Positions 27,321-38,348 of a stretch of 64,000 nucleotides of DNA are shown here, piece after piece. Every line of letters starts with the position of its first letter. The stretch's first letter is position 1. A program made the translations under genes and the position numbers. Origin of the DNA: an uncultured Candidatus Saccharibacteria bacterium (GTDB taxonomy: Bacteria; Patescibacteriota; Minisyncoccia; Phycocordibacterales; UBA9973); the NCBI GenBank assembly GCA_964646765.1, contig CAZYIA010000001.1, positions 341,621 to 405,620 on the forward strand, in the 5' to 3' direction. The notes under the pieces are model-generated. The model had not been told where the DNA came from. It was given only the letters and a program-made list of their open reading frames with translations, and did not search any database.

Positions 27321-27755
27321 ATGTTCAAAAAAGGCTTAATCGCAATTTGCACCCTTGTTGTAATAATTGCACTTTTCATCTTTTGTCGTGTACTTTTCGG
27401 CCATTCAGACTTGCTTAAAAAAGCAAAGAATAATGGCGGCTGTTACACAACCACTATTAGTGGATCACCCACCCGATTGGAGTGGAAAAACACCGATTGG
27501 AACTTCCAAGTTCCTCCTGGAGTTACTTGTATCGTTGATTATCGGGAACCATATCCGGTGCTTGAAATCTGCGGTATCTGGATAGTGCGCAGTTCTATAA
27601 CTGGAACTGCAAGTTTTAATTCCAATCGTTGGATTACTCCCTTACCTTGTGGTTTAGGAAAAGACTACCCGGTTTACTGTAAATTCCGGACAAAAAATGG
27701 ACAGAAGGTGCCGCTCACTTGCACGATTCTAAAAGAGTGGGAAGAAGAAAACTAA
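27321..27755 (+). CDS. Small Cys-rich secreted/membrane hypothetical protein
   Basis: N-terminal TM helix and eight Cys residues. Confidence 0.4.
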   Translation: MFKKGLIAICTLVVIIALFIFCRVLFGHSDLLKKAKNNGGCYTTTISGSPTRLEWKNTDWNFQVPPGVTCIVDYREPYPVLEICGIWIVRSSITGTASFNSNRWITPLPCGLGKDYPVYCKFRTKNGQKVPLTCTILKEWEEEN

Positions 27756-27780
27756 ATCTCAAACGCAAAAAAAAATTAAA

Positions 27781-28890
27781 ATGGAAACTCAAGAAACCGT
27801 ATTAATCACCAAACAAGGTACTAACTGGATACAGAGGTTATTATTTCCTTTAGCCAACAAAGTACTTTTTCATTCGCCAGAAGAAAGCTTGATTAACAAA
27901 AAAATCTTCAACGTTATCGTAAGCATACTTCTTGGTTTAATTCTCTCAACTGTTATAACCTTACTACTGACGTTACTTCCTGAAGTGGAGGGATACGCCT
28001 GGTATATCTTTGCAGGCACTTTCTTTTTACTGTTTATTCTTTTTGTTTTTTCAATGGGAGTAGACGATGAAAAAAGACTGGTGGTCATTGGATATAACGA
28101 GGCAGTGCCCTTAGCACTGTTCGGAGTAAAAACCGGAGCCTGGCTGTTTATGGGAAAATATTACATGTGGTTATGGTTTTCTGCTGATGAAAGTGAGAAA
28201 GTTAATCTTGAAAAACAAGAACTGAAAATCACTATTAGCGAAAAACTTTCTGCTGACGGTGAACCCATGTTTATGGACGCGACATACGTGTACATGAAAG
28301 ACCCGACCCGTCTTCCGATATGGGCAAAAACAAACCAGGCAGATTTTGAAAGAACTGCTGAACCCACAATCAGTAATGAACTTTTGAAAGTGATAGGAAA
28401 AGGTAACTACAACACTGACGAACTTACAGGTGATACTTCCTGGATTGCTACCAGTATCATTGGTAAGCGTGGCCCTAAAGGCGAGCTTTCTAAAGAAACT
28501 GATGGTACCGGCAAGTTGATTAACCAGCCTAATGAGCAAATCAAGGCTTTAGAGGCCTTCGGTGTACTTTCGATTGCACTTGTCATTAACGAATTCGAAA
28601 GCGTTAATGTTAAGAACGGTACAAGCACCAAGGCGATGCTGAAACAGATTGGGGAAATCCTGATGCAGTTGGTTGTTAAAAATCCTACTCTTTCAGGGAA
28701 GGCTTTGCATGAAGCTTACCAACTCGCCTTGAGCAGCAACAAGTATTCTGACGAACAATTACAACAACTAAGCGAAAGAGCTGAAACCCAGTGGAATCGC
28801 TTAAACGGTAAAACTACAGAACAACGGATATTTACCGCAGGCGGTGATAATCAGGTTCTGAAATTTTTGAATCTCGACAAAAAACAGTAA
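27781..28890 (+). CDS. Membrane hypothetical protein, possibly SPFH/band-7-like
   Basis: Two N-terminal TM helices followed by a soluble domain. Any homology is weak. Confidence 0.35.
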   Translation: METQETVLITKQGTNWIQRLLFPLANKVLFHSPEESLINKKIFNVIVSILLGLILSTVITLLLTLLPEVEGYAWYIFAGTFFLLFILFVFSMGVDDEKRLVVIGYNEAVPLALFGVKTGAWLFMGKYYMWLWFSADESEKVNLEKQELKITISEKLSADGEPMFMDATYVYMKDPTRLPIWAKTNQADFERTAEPTISNELLKVIGKGNYNTDELTGDTSWIATSIIGKRGPKGELSKETDGTGKLINQPNEQIKALEAFGVLSIALVINEFESVNVKNGTSTKAMLKQIGEILMQLVVKNPTLSGKALHEAYQLALSSNKYSDEQLQQLSERAETQWNRLNGKTTEQRIFTAGGDNQVLKFLNLDKKQ

Positions 28891-28909
28891 CGAGTAATCG
28901 TTACCAAAC

Positions 28910-28945
28910 AAAAATGCCTCTGCAGCTAAGCAGAGGCATTTTCTT
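28910..28945 (+). terminator. Intrinsic terminator
   Basis: AAAAATGCCTCTGC-AGCTAA-GCAGAGGCATTTTCTT. Confidence 0.6.
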
Positions 28946-28955
28946 ATCTCTAGAG

Positions 28956-29345
28956 TTAGAGTTGTCTTCCGAAGTTCTGTGATTTTGGAATTTGATTTTC
29001 GATTTTCTGGTTTTGACTATTCTTCAAATCAAACGTTCGAGAAATGAGAGCCATCAAACCGTATACCGAAACCATAATCACCAAACCAACAATTCCCCAA
29101 ATCATGTGCCGCTTTCCATCGGCAATTTTCGCCTCTTCCCCATTATTTTGGTTTACCAAAAACTGGATAACTCCCCAAATAAAGAGCACGAGAGCAAGTG
29201 TCATGAGGAGCGCTATCAAAGGATCAATAATGTAAGAACCAATCCTACAAATGATAGTATCGATGCGCGTCGTCGGAGGATTACAGTAAGAAAGTCCAAC
29301 TACGGCCGCATGTGCCACTTGTGCTGTGGGAAAAAGAAAAAACAT
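28956..29345 (-). CDS. VirB2/TrbC-like (T4SS-type) pilin family protein
   Basis: C-terminal two-TM module with the loop GEEAKIADGKRH. It is one of five tandem paralogs. Confidence 0.55.
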   Translation of the reverse strand: MFFLFPTAQVAHAAVVGLSYCNPPTTRIDTIICRIGSYIIDPLIALLMTLALVLFIWGVIQFLVNQNNGEEAKIADGKRHMIWGIVGLVIMVSVYGLMALISRTFDLKNSQNQKIENQIPKSQNFGRQL

Positions 29346-29364
29346 GAAACCGATTTAGAAAGTT

Positions 29365-29775
29365 TTAGTAACTTTGACAACCGTTAAGTGGATCGTTATC
29401 AGTATCAACAACACAAGGGATCACTGTCTGACCACCCTGACCAATTCCGAGAGCCTGACCAAGAAGGGCGATAATACCCCAGATAGACATCATCACGAAG
29501 AGACCGATAATGATGTAGATCATGAGACTTTTCGCACCAGCACGTTCCTCTTCATTTTTGTTCGTAACGAACTGGATGATAGTCCAAGCAAGGAGAATAA
29601 AGCCGATAGTAATAACAATCGGAACAACGTAGTTCAGGATGTTCTGAACGAACTTAATGATACCAATGATCTGGTCTTGACCAGCGTTAGCAGCAAACGC
29701 AAAAAGCGGTAAGCTGAGAGCACCGACTGAACCAAGAGAAATAATAACTTTTTTCATACTAACGTATAAATGCAA
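29365..29775 (-). CDS. VirB2/TrbC-like pilin family protein
   Basis: Signal peptide plus a C-terminal two-TM module with the loop NEEERAGAKS. Confidence 0.55.
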   Translation of the reverse strand: MHLYVSMKKVIISLGSVGALSLPLFAFAANAGQDQIIGIIKFVQNILNYVVPIVITIGFILLAWTIIQFVTNKNEEERAGAKSLMIYIIIGLFVMMSIWGIIALLGQALGIGQGGQTVIPCVVDTDNDPLNGCQSY

Positions 29776-29871
29776 CTTCTAATAAAGACCTACTAATACC
29801 TCAAGTATACAGGATTTTAGGGCGCGAGCTACCCCCTTGGGGAAAACGGAGCCTTTAATATAAGGCTATTT

Positions 29872-30762
29872 TTATAGACCAAGAGCAAGTTTGAAGAGTC
29901 TTACGAGACCCCAGACACAGACGATAACGAAAAGGGCGATTAGGCCGTAAATGATGATATTACGAGCTTTTTTCCGCTCCTCAGCATTTCCTGTTGCCAC
30001 AACATACTGGCTAACTCCCCAAGCAAAGTAAATGAAGGCAAGAGTAATAAGCAACTGGATAATAAACGTATTAATGATACAAACAATGTAGTAAATAATA
30101 TCGCTAAATGTTTTGAGCGTGCGGCTACATGTTCCAGGAGAAGAAGAGAGGTGAACCCCGTTACTAAACAGATCAGACGTTCCAAACTTAAATTGCTTCA
30201 GTTGGCTTGCTTTTGTCTTATCGAACGTATCGTTAAGAGTTGCTGTGTAATCCGTCCCATTTGGATCGTTATAATCTCCTGACCATGATTGAAAGGTGGA
30301 ATTATTAAAAAGCCCTTGCTGCCATGGGTCGTACTGGTTATGACCTAACCCAATAAACGGATTAAAGTTATCGTAAGAAACATTATATTGATCGTTTAAA
30401 AAGTACCCATAATTTGCATTTGGATCAGTAAGATTTTGGGCAGTATTAACATTCTGCTGATCATTCACATAATTCTGCTCCGCTAGATTTTGATCTTGAG
30501 AATTAGCATTTATCTGATCATTTGCATTTGTATTTTCATTAACATTAGTTTCCTCGTTAACATTCGCATTCTCGTTAGGATTCTGATTCTGGTTAACGTT
30601 TGCGTCGGTATTGGGATTATTTTGATCATTAACTTGTCCTCCCGTAAACGGATTTGCTTCCGTATTTACATAGGTACCAGTATTTGGATCCTGCTGAGCG
30701 AAAGCCACTCCAGAGAGAACAAGGAGGCTCGCGATACTAAGAGTGATAAAAAATGTTCGCAT
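29872..30762 (-). CDS. VirB2/TrbC-like pilin family protein with an N/Q-rich low-complexity ectodomain
   Basis: A signal peptide, then long N/Q/D-rich repeats, then the C-terminal two-TM module (GNAEERKKARN). Confidence 0.55.
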   Translation of the reverse strand: MRTFFITLSIASLLVLSGVAFAQQDPNTGTYVNTEANPFTGGQVNDQNNPNTDANVNQNQNPNENANVNEETNVNENTNANDQINANSQDQNLAEQNYVNDQQNVNTAQNLTDPNANYGYFLNDQYNVSYDNFNPFIGLGHNQYDPWQQGLFNNSTFQSWSGDYNDPNGTDYTATLNDTFDKTKASQLKQFKFGTSDLFSNGVHLSSSPGTCSRTLKTFSDIIYYIVCIINTFIIQLLITLAFIYFAWGVSQYVVATGNAEERKKARNIIIYGLIALFVIVCVWGLVRLFKLALGL

Positions 30763-30764
30763 AC

Positions 30765-31196
30765 TTATTTTGCAATTGCAGAGATGGTATCACTCACAAT
30801 CTGAGTTAATGCCCACGCACCAAGTAAAATTGCTGCTCCCAAGAGAGTATAAATAAATGTTCGTTTAGCTGCTTCAAGTTTTTCGGTACTACCACGAGCG
30901 CTAACAAAGAGGAAGCCAGAATAAATAATCGCAAGAGCAATAATAGGAATTGCGATCTTAATAACGGTATCTACAACAGACTTAATAAAATCTGTCAGAC
31001 TTGTAACTTTTAAAGGATTTTCTAAGTATTCAACAGTTGGAGCACTTGAAGGTGTTGGGGGACAATTTGTAGAAGTACTAACACCACCATTTGCTTGTCC
31101 GGGACAGGTTGCCTGTACTTTAGTTGCTCCTCCAATAAGTGCAAAAACAAAGAAACTTAGAATCAACAAATATTGGACAAAATATATTTTCTTCAT
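30765..31196 (-). CDS. VirB2/TrbC-like pilin family protein
   Basis: A signal peptide, a Cys pair, and the C-terminal two-TM module (GSTEKLEAAKR). Confidence 0.55.
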   Translation of the reverse strand: MKKIYFVQYLLILSFFVFALIGGATKVQATCPGQANGGVSTSTNCPPTPSSAPTVEYLENPLKVTSLTDFIKSVVDTVIKIAIPIIALAIIYSGFLFVSARGSTEKLEAAKRTFIYTLLGAAILLGAWALTQIVSDTISAIAK

Positions 31197-31198
31197 AC

Positions 31199-32815
31199 CT
31201 ACTGCTGTAATAACTTATAAGAAGCGGCACTATCTGCTTTCAAGAGAGTATCCAAAATAAGATTCACGATAAGCCATGCACACAAAATACAGATAAGACC
31301 AATGAGCATATTGATAATAACATGCTTCGCGCGGCTGCGAGCTTCTTCGCTGCCTCCTTTGGCAATGAAGAGGAAGCCAATATATACAAAACCAATAGCC
31401 ATAATTGGAATCGCAATAACAATGAGCCATTTGATCACATTATTTACGAGCTGTATCAGATAAGCAAACGTACACGGCTGCCATCGAGATCCATCACAGG
31501 GCACCAAGTTACCCGGAGCAACTAAAGGCGCTGACGGCCCGACTCCAGAATTAGTCCCTCCACTCGTACTGGAAGCTCCTCCGGTTGTACTACCAGCAGG
31601 AGTAAGAGTTGCCGTAAACGTTTTCGGCGACATATATGCTTTTGCCGGGTCATCGAAATTTACGAAGGTATAGTAGTAGGTATGGTTAGGTAAAAGCGAG
31701 TGCATGACAAATGGAAAAGTATCCGTATCACCCGCATTCATAATTCGGAAAAATACAGGATTTTCCCATAACTTATTCATAGAACTTGGAGAATCTCCCC
31801 AAACAAGACCAACTGAATAAGAATCCCCTTTGTAAATTTTAACTGACGCAGTACCACTTGCTTGACGATCGGTACCCGACGCATCCATAGCAACGGTAAT
31901 TGCGTTATCAGTAGTTACATCAATACATCGTCCGGTTATGGCTGGCGGTGGAATTGGTTGACCGTTTAGGCCTATAAGCGGCTGAGCATTACAGTTTGGA
32001 TCAAGTGAGAGTAGCTGAGTACCGTACGGGCCTCCAATAATAATGTGATCTGATACTGAAGCTTGATCAGTATCAATTGATTCAGACCACAACGCTGTAC
32101 TTTGACCTGAGAGATAAACCTCTACTTGATATGTTGAGGAAGGATCGAGGCCTGAAAGGGTAACATTAAACGGATACTCCTGCCCATACGTTACCATCTG
32201 TGAAAAAACCCCTGGTCCAGAAACTGTCTGGGGTTGTCCCCCACTTTTCGTATAATGAACTTCAAGATTAACTTGCGTTGAAAGACTTGAGCGCAACATA
32301 CCCGCAAGCACAATTGAAGTACTTGATTGAGTGTAATCTACCTCTGGAGTACTTCCATACGCTCCGGAAGGTTTTCGTATCTCAATTTCTGGAATGTCAC
32401 TCAACGTTTGAACTGCTGGTGGTGTTGCAATAAGATCTGCTGAATCACTTGTATCAAAAAAAGCAAAATCGTATGAAGTATTCGGAGTTAAGCTACCAAT
32501 CGTTACGGTAAATGGAACTGGTGTATTGAGTGCAACGCTTGATTGGCTGACAATATCATTTGAGACAACATAGGTATACTGTCCTCCAGTAACTCCCCAC
32601 TTTACTCGTAGATGTATTGGTGCATGCTGCCCAGGTGGATTGATGATGCTATGAATCGTAACAGTGCCAGCAAAATCCACTGAATTGATATGTGGGGTAA
32701 TTGAAGAAAAAGCAATATCTCTTTGGACATACGCAAAGGTATGTTGGGGTACCGACAAAAAGAGACCGAGTGCTAGGGTGAGAAGTGCGGCAAAACGAAA
32801 CGTTCGTTTGAGCAT
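31199..32815 (-). CDS. Large secreted protein (538 aa) whose C-terminus is a VirB2/TrbC-like pilin module
   Basis: A signal peptide and a large ectodomain of about 430 aa. The C-terminal two-TM module (GGSEEARSRAKH) is homologous to the four downstream genes. Confidence 0.55.
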   Translation of the reverse strand: MLKRTFRFAALLTLALGLFLSVPQHTFAYVQRDIAFSSITPHINSVDFAGTVTIHSIINPPGQHAPIHLRVKWGVTGGQYTYVVSNDIVSQSSVALNTPVPFTVTIGSLTPNTSYDFAFFDTSDSADLIATPPAVQTLSDIPEIEIRKPSGAYGSTPEVDYTQSSTSIVLAGMLRSSLSTQVNLEVHYTKSGGQPQTVSGPGVFSQMVTYGQEYPFNVTLSGLDPSSTYQVEVYLSGQSTALWSESIDTDQASVSDHIIIGGPYGTQLLSLDPNCNAQPLIGLNGQPIPPPAITGRCIDVTTDNAITVAMDASGTDRQASGTASVKIYKGDSYSVGLVWGDSPSSMNKLWENPVFFRIMNAGDTDTFPFVMHSLLPNHTYYYTFVNFDDPAKAYMSPKTFTATLTPAGSTTGGASSTSGGTNSGVGPSAPLVAPGNLVPCDGSRWQPCTFAYLIQLVNNVIKWLIVIAIPIMAIGFVYIGFLFIAKGGSEEARSRAKHVIINMLIGLICILCAWLIVNLILDTLLKADSAASYKLLQQ

Positions 32816-32848
32816 AACCTTTAGAAGTATAGCATGGCTCTATCTTTT

Positions 32849-34168
32849 TTACAGAGCGAGTTGTAATTGGCTTCGAGCTTTAGAAAGTGCTTCAGAAGGA
32901 GTTGCCGCCCCTCGGACAATGTCATCAATCAATCCACTCATGATTGGATCAGAAAAATAGTCTCCTGGGTCGTACCAACCACGTGCCATTAACCCGGAAG
33001 CATAAATAGTAGTAGCGTACGCTGGTGTTTCCGGTGGAGTACCAATAAGATCACGCCGGGCTGGCGCAAGTGGTGCTGCTTCAGAAAGAGTACTTACCAA
33101 TGTTTGAGAATTTTCTGGACTAGAAATAAGCGTTGCTAAAGAAAGTGCTTGCTGCGGATTCTTCCCTGCTTTAATGACCCCAAGCGCATATACTTTACCA
33201 AAAGTTAGATTCAACTTACCTTGTGGTAACTGAGGAACTTTTATTATGTCGAAGTTCAGATTCGGGTTCTTTTCTGAAATTGCAGGAAGTTCACTAGCAT
33301 ACCCAAAATAGAATACGAGAGATTCTCGGATAAAGGCATCACGCGCTGGTACTTGTGCTTTATTCCATGTATAGGCTTTTGAAACAGGGTCAGAAAATTG
33401 GGTAAAAAATTGAAGAACAGCTTGAGCTGGTGAAACATCGGTACCATTATCAAATCCAAGTGTTGCACTAAATCCTTCATTTTGTTTAGCAACAATAGGC
33501 TCACCTACTTGAATAAAAAGCATTGAAAGGATGTCCTTGGCATTGTTTAGATTACTATAGACTCCAAATGGAACGGCACTTTGGTTAATAGTGAGGTCTC
33601 CTTGCTTTTTAGTCAGTGACGGCGTAATGCCAGTAAGCACATCCCAGGTTTTTGGTGGTACTGAATACCCTGCATTTTCAAGCAAGTTCTTGTTGTAGTA
33701 CATCACTATTGGATCAACCGCGACTGGCAAACCTACAATACCGTCTGGAAGCATGAACAAACTTCCTTCCTCAATGTACGTATTTCGAAATGTTTGTTCT
33801 GGCAAACTACTATACGGAATGTGAACGAGTTTCGCTTGATTCTGAAGAATATCTTCTTGCGACATAAGAATAAGATCAGGACCTACACCAGAAGCAATTG
33901 CTTCAGCTAGTTCAAGTGAAAACGTTCGTGGATCTTTAGCAAGATAATTTATTTTGAGACCAGTATTAGAAACACTTAGACTATCAAAAAAGTCTCGCAG
34001 ACCATCTGCTTTAGCTGTGCCCCAAATTACAAAATTACCAGATAGCTTTCCACCATCAGAACTTCCTTTTCCTATAGGAATAATGCCAGAAAAAATAAGT
34101 ACGGCGAAAGCAATAACAACAATAGAGAAGATGAGGATCCCGATTTGAAAAGCGGAGACGTTTTTCAT
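32849..34168 (-). CDS. Extracellular solute-binding protein (ABC transporter SBP-like)
   Basis: An N-terminal anchor, and size and composition consistent with an SBP_bac_1-like domain. This is a weak assignment. Confidence 0.35.
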   Translation of the reverse strand: MKNVSAFQIGILIFSIVVIAFAVLIFSGIIPIGKGSSDGGKLSGNFVIWGTAKADGLRDFFDSLSVSNTGLKINYLAKDPRTFSLELAEAIASGVGPDLILMSQEDILQNQAKLVHIPYSSLPEQTFRNTYIEEGSLFMLPDGIVGLPVAVDPIVMYYNKNLLENAGYSVPPKTWDVLTGITPSLTKKQGDLTINQSAVPFGVYSNLNNAKDILSMLFIQVGEPIVAKQNEGFSATLGFDNGTDVSPAQAVLQFFTQFSDPVSKAYTWNKAQVPARDAFIRESLVFYFGYASELPAISEKNPNLNFDIIKVPQLPQGKLNLTFGKVYALGVIKAGKNPQQALSLATLISSPENSQTLVSTLSEAAPLAPARRDLIGTPPETPAYATTIYASGLMARGWYDPGDYFSDPIMSGLIDDIVRGAATPSEALSKARSQLQLAL

Positions 34169-34189
34169 TCTATATAGTGTAGCGTGTTT

Positions 34190-34717
34190 TTACTTCTTTT
34201 TAAAGATGAAGCCATAGTGGTGAGTTCCTCCGTCGAGTTCGCGCTCTTTTAAGAATCCATGCTGCGAAAATATCAAGAGGGCTTTCTCTGGAGATACCAA
34301 CCGATCTGCTTTTGGTCCAATTGGGTCTAGAGTATCCGCCCAATCAATAAAATATACATGACCTCCCGGCTTTACCACTCGAGCAAGCTCTCGTAAAAAG
34401 GCTTCTCGATCACTTGTTTGAAATAACACATTCGCAACAATTGTTCCATCAAGTGTAGCATCAGCAAGTTTGGTTCCACCTTTTCGTTCAGCATCAGCCC
34501 AAATACAAGAAAAATTCGTCAGCGACCGAGCCTCAGCTTCTTTTCGTAGACGTTCAACTAAACCACGCTGCACATCACAGGCATAAACTTTTCCTTTGGG
34601 TCCAACCATTTGAGCTGCGGCAAGTGCAAAGGTGCCACTGCCAGCACCAATGTCAGCAACATGCATTCCAGGTGTGATACCAAATTGTTTTACAAGAGTA
34701 ACAGGATCAATGAACAT
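34190..34717 (-). CDS. Class I SAM-dependent methyltransferase
   Basis: Motif I VADIGAGSG and an acidic motif after a beta-strand. Confidence 0.65.
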   Translation of the reverse strand: MFIDPVTLVKQFGITPGMHVADIGAGSGTFALAAAQMVGPKGKVYACDVQRGLVERLRKEAEARSLTNFSCIWADAERKGGTKLADATLDGTIVANVLFQTSDREAFLRELARVVKPGGHVYFIDWADTLDPIGPKADRLVSPEKALLIFSQHGFLKERELDGGTHHYGFIFKKK

Positions 34718-34770
34718 ATACGTACCAAAAATGGTGTACTTAATTGTACACCATTTTGTCTAGTTCCCTA

Positions 34771-37245
34771 CTATATTGTGGTGATAGAGGCTGCGGCATC
34801 ACCTGGACGAAGTTTCATAATTGAAACCCCTTGTGTTTGTCGGCCAAGTGATGGTACGGCAGAAAGTGCTGTGCGAATCACCTGCCCTTTTTTACTCATC
34901 GCAATAAGCTCAGTTTCTTCGGCGGTAATTACCTTTCCGATAATAAGTTCACCAGTCTTGGGAGTAACTTTTGCGGTTTTAATTCCAGAACCTCCACGTT
35001 TTTGTACCTTATACTCACTAACTTTGGTTTTCTTTCCCATGCCGGTTGCAGAAACAACAAGAAGTTCGGCTTCTTTTACTTGTTCTTTAGTAACTACATC
35101 AACACCAACAAGACGATCGCTTTTACCAAGCTTCATGGCGCGAACTCCGCCAGCCGTGCGGCCCATTTCACGAATATCACTTTCTTTGAAACGAACACTC
35201 TGGCCTTTTGCGGTTACGAGCATGAGTTCATCAGTTTTTTCAACCAACAAGGCCGCTTTAAGTGAGTCATTTTTATCGAGACGAATAGCAATGAGACCAC
35301 TTCGGCGCACATCCTTAAATTGGGAATAGGCCATTTTCTTTGCTGTACCATTTTCAGTAACAAGCATCAGGTAATGATCTTTCTGTTTTGCTTCTTTTGA
35401 AACCGGCAAAATAGACATCACCTTTTCTTCACCTTGTAGGGAAAGGAAATTCATGACCGACTTTCCCTTGGTTGCCCGTTTACCTTCTGGAATATCAAAC
35501 ATGCGCAACTGGTAGGCCTTTCCAAGGTTCGTGAAGAAAAGAAGATCATCATGTGTATTTGCCCCAACGAGCATTGTGATGAAATCTTCTTCTTTGGTTT
35601 CAAGATCGATAACACCAACACCGCCGCGCTTCTGAGCACGATATTCGGCAGGATCGGTACGCTTTACATAACCACCAGAAGTGTATACGAGAACACTTTC
35701 CTTCTCAGGAATAAGATCTTCTTCTTTAATTTCTTTGACGCCACCTTTTATAACGCGAGTTCTGCGAGTGTCACCATACTTTTCTTTTACTTCTATAAGT
35801 TCTTTAGAGACGACGCCGCGAATTTTTTTCTTGCTTCCCAGAAGATCTTTCAGTTCAGCAATAATTTTTTGCTTTTCTTTCAGCTCATCTTCTACAGCTT
35901 TGCGCTCAAGACCAGCAAGTTTCTGAAGGCGCATTTCCAAAATAGCGGTAGCCTGAAGGTCAGAGAATCTAAATTCTTTAATGAGGTTTAATTTTGCAAG
36001 CGCTGCATCTTTTGATCCACGAATGATCGTGATAACCCGATCAATATGATCAAGGGCCTTCTTTAAACCAAGCAAAATATGTTCACGCTCTTCGGCTTTC
36101 GTCAGATCAAACTGTGTACGGCGACGAATCACTACTTCACGGTGAGCAATAAATGCCTCGAGCATGCTCTTGAGCGAAAGTGTTTGCGGGATACCATCAA
36201 CGAGCGCCACGAGGTTATAGTGGAACGTAGTTTCAAGTTGTGTGTGCTTGTATAGATAGTTCAATACTTTCTGAGGGAAGACACCACTCTTAAGATCAAT
36301 AACAATGCGGATATCTTTTGTTGATTCGTCCCGAAGTCCTTTAATACCTTCAATTTTCTTTTCTTGTGCAAGCTCAGCAATCGATGTAATAAGATCGGCT
36401 TTGTTAACACGGTACGGGATTGAAGTAATGATAATTTGCCCATGGCCGGCCTTCTCCTCAACAATCTCGGCTTCACCTCGAGTAACAACTCCTCCGCGGC
36501 CCGTGGTATACGCATACTTCATATCAGAAGAGCCATACACGATGCCACCAGTTGGGAAATCAGGACCAGAAATAAATTTCAACAAATCTTCAGTTGTTGA
36601 TTCTGGTTCATCAATAAGTGCGAGTGTTGCATCTACCACCTCAGTTAAGTTGTGTGGCGGAATGTTAGTTGCCATACCAACAGCAATACCAAGCGTTCCG
36701 TTTAAAAGAAGATTTGGCACCGCTGCCGGAAGGACTGATGGCTCTTTACGGGTAGCATCATAGTTAGGACGAAAATCAACCGTGTCTTTTTCAAGGTCAC
36801 GGAGCATTTCGCCAGCGAGTTTAGACATTTTCGCTTCGGTATAACGCATCGCAGCTGCTGGATCACCATCAATAGAACCGAAGTTACCTTGGCCAATGAT
36901 AAGCGGATAGCGATACGAAAATTCTTGAGCCATACCAACCATCGAATCGTATACGGCAACATCACCGTGCGGATGATATTTACCAAGCACGTCACCAACC
37001 ACCGTTGCACTTTTGCGAGTTTTTGCTGAAGCGGTAAGACCGATATCGTGCATGGCATAAAGAATACGGCGATGCACCGGCTTTAAACCATCTCGAACGT
37101 CAGGAAGCGCACGACTGGTAATAACCGACATCGCGTAGCTGATATAGCTCTCTTGCATTTCCTGAGTGATATCAATTGGAACAACACTTACTCGTTCCGT
37201 GCCACTCTGGTTGCTATTTTCTTTTTCGTCTTTCTTTTTTGCCAT
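34771..37245 (-). CDS. gyrA: DNA gyrase subunit A
   Basis: [29 protein letters not shown]. The conserved segment in the quinolone-resistance region is present, and there are C-terminal beta-pinwheel repeats. Confidence 0.9.
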   Translation of the reverse strand: MAKKKDEKENSNQSGTERVSVVPIDITQEMQESYISYAMSVITSRALPDVRDGLKPVHRRILYAMHDIGLTASAKTRKSATVVGDVLGKYHPHGDVAVYDSMVGMAQEFSYRYPLIIGQGNFGSIDGDPAAAMRYTEAKMSKLAGEMLRDLEKDTVDFRPNYDATRKEPSVLPAAVPNLLLNGTLGIAVGMATNIPPHNLTEVVDATLALIDEPESTTEDLLKFISGPDFPTGGIVYGSSDMKYAYTTGRGGVVTRGEAEIVEEKAGHGQIIITSIPYRVNKADLITSIAELAQEKKIEGIKGLRDESTKDIRIVIDLKSGVFPQKVLNYLYKHTQLETTFHYNLVALVDGIPQTLSLKSMLEAFIAHREVVIRRRTQFDLTKAEEREHILLGLKKALDHIDRVITIIRGSKDAALAKLNLIKEFRFSDLQATAILEMRLQKLAGLERKAVEDELKEKQKIIAELKDLLGSKKKIRGVVSKELIEVKEKYGDTRRTRVIKGGVKEIKEEDLIPEKESVLVYTSGGYVKRTDPAEYRAQKRGGVGVIDLETKEEDFITMLVGANTHDDLLFFTNLGKAYQLRMFDIPEGKRATKGKSVMNFLSLQGEEKVMSILPVSKEAKQKDHYLMLVTENGTAKKMAYSQFKDVRRSGLIAIRLDKNDSLKAALLVEKTDELMLVTAKGQSVRFKESDIREMGRTAGGVRAMKLGKSDRLVGVDVVTKEQVKEAELLVVSATGMGKKTKVSEYKVQKRGGSGIKTAKVTPKTGELIIGKVITAEETELIAMSKKGQVIRTALSAVPSLGRQTQGVSIMKLRPGDAAASITTI

Positions 37246-37254
37246 ATGTATTTC

Positions 37255-37527
37255 TTAGTTAGTACTCATTGTATTTGCAGTGCTTTCGAATAACCCGCTG
37301 AAGTTATCTCCAATGATGGAAAAAGGAGAGTCGCTTTTGTTACCTTCCGCTAGAGTAGCCGTACTACTATTTTTGAATATTCCAATAGTAAGCGTAACGA
37401 GAACAAGCACAACCGTAATTCCGAGAGCAATTCCAATCTGAATCATCTTCCGTACTGCAAACGGTTTTGCTCGGAGTCTCTCTTCCATTTTTGGTTGTAC
37501 CGGCTCCCCTTCCATACTATCCTTCAA
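37255..37527 (-). CDS. Small membrane protein, hypothetical
   Basis: One TM helix. The ORF is 90 aa. Confidence 0.3.
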   Translation of the reverse strand: MKDSMEGEPVQPKMEERLRAKPFAVRKMIQIGIALGITVVLVLVTLTIGIFKNSSTATLAEGNKSDSPFSIIGDNFSGLFESTANTMSTN

Positions 37528-38128
37528 TCAGAACCATTACTTCTCCTTCTTTACCAGCAAGGTCTTTTTTCTTCACTACCAATTTTTCAGTTCGTTCATT
37601 TTTCTCACCTCCAGCTTCTTTCAAAAATGCTTTCAGAGTGGTTTCATCATAATCGATAGGAATAATAACCCCCGGCTCAAGAGATACTGCGAGTTTATAC
37701 GCTGCTGCGGCACTTAAACCTGAAAGTGGCACAAATAAAATATCAGCCTGTTCTAGTCCTTCACGATCTTTAGCTTCAGGCGCCTCGGTAATTGGACCAA
37801 TAATCGCAAGCTGTAACCCATCCATCTCAACACTGTAGAGCGATGCGATGTATGGTTTTTTATCGAGTTCAGTTTTTACTCCTGTGCCATGAATAAAAAT
37901 TCCCTGCACTTCATAATCGCCAGGACCAGAAATAACTACTGGCTCTCGCTCGCCATACGTAACTGCTTCTACTCCATTATAGTCAGGATGATTAGCAGTG
38001 ATGAGCGCAAGATCAGCACCAAAACGAGTTTGTTTGGCTTTGCTTTCTTTTGAAATTGGATTAACAGCAATAACTGTTTCGCCTTGGGTAAGCTTTAAAA
38101 AACCCTTACCGTGGTAAGTGATAACCAT
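37517..38128 (-). CDS. Metallo-beta-lactamase-fold metal-dependent hydrolase (UPF0173-like)
   Basis: An H.DH-type motif (ITANHPDYNG) and a fold-typical length. Confidence 0.55.
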   Translation of the reverse strand: MVITYHGKGFLKLTQGETVIAVNPISKESKAKQTRFGADLALITANHPDYNGVEAVTYGEREPVVISGPGDYEVQGIFIHGTGVKTELDKKPYIASLYSVEMDGLQLAIIGPITEAPEAKDREGLEQADILFVPLSGLSAAAAYKLAVSLEPGVIIPIDYDETTLKAFLKEAGGEKNERTEKLVVKKKDLAGKEGEVMVLIEG

Positions 38129-38348
38129 GCGCCAATGGTAGCATAAAAAGCTTGAAAAATGAACTTGTTTTTCTCTTTTTGTGTGCTCAAAAATACTTGC
38201 GTGATTCCCTTTTCTATGGTATCTTCACTCCATTACCAGTCGGACTTCGGGCAACCGAAGAAACCTTACGGAGAATAATCCCTTGGGCATACTCGAGGAG
38301 CTCCGAAAGACACAATCCGCACATGGCGGATTTTTTTATACCCATTTT

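Noticed and set aside
26654-27418. ORFs 26654..26860(+), 26751..26987(-) and 26873..27418(+)
   Set aside because: They span tRNA-Leu(TAG), tRNA-Leu(TAA), the structured element and tRNA-Lys. The region is an RNA gene cluster, not coding.
29940-30185. Nested minus-strand and plus-strand ORFs within pilin-like genes (for example 29940..30185, 29374..29712 and 30490..30804)
   Set aside because: They lie in alternative frames of low-complexity coding sequence and have no independent support.
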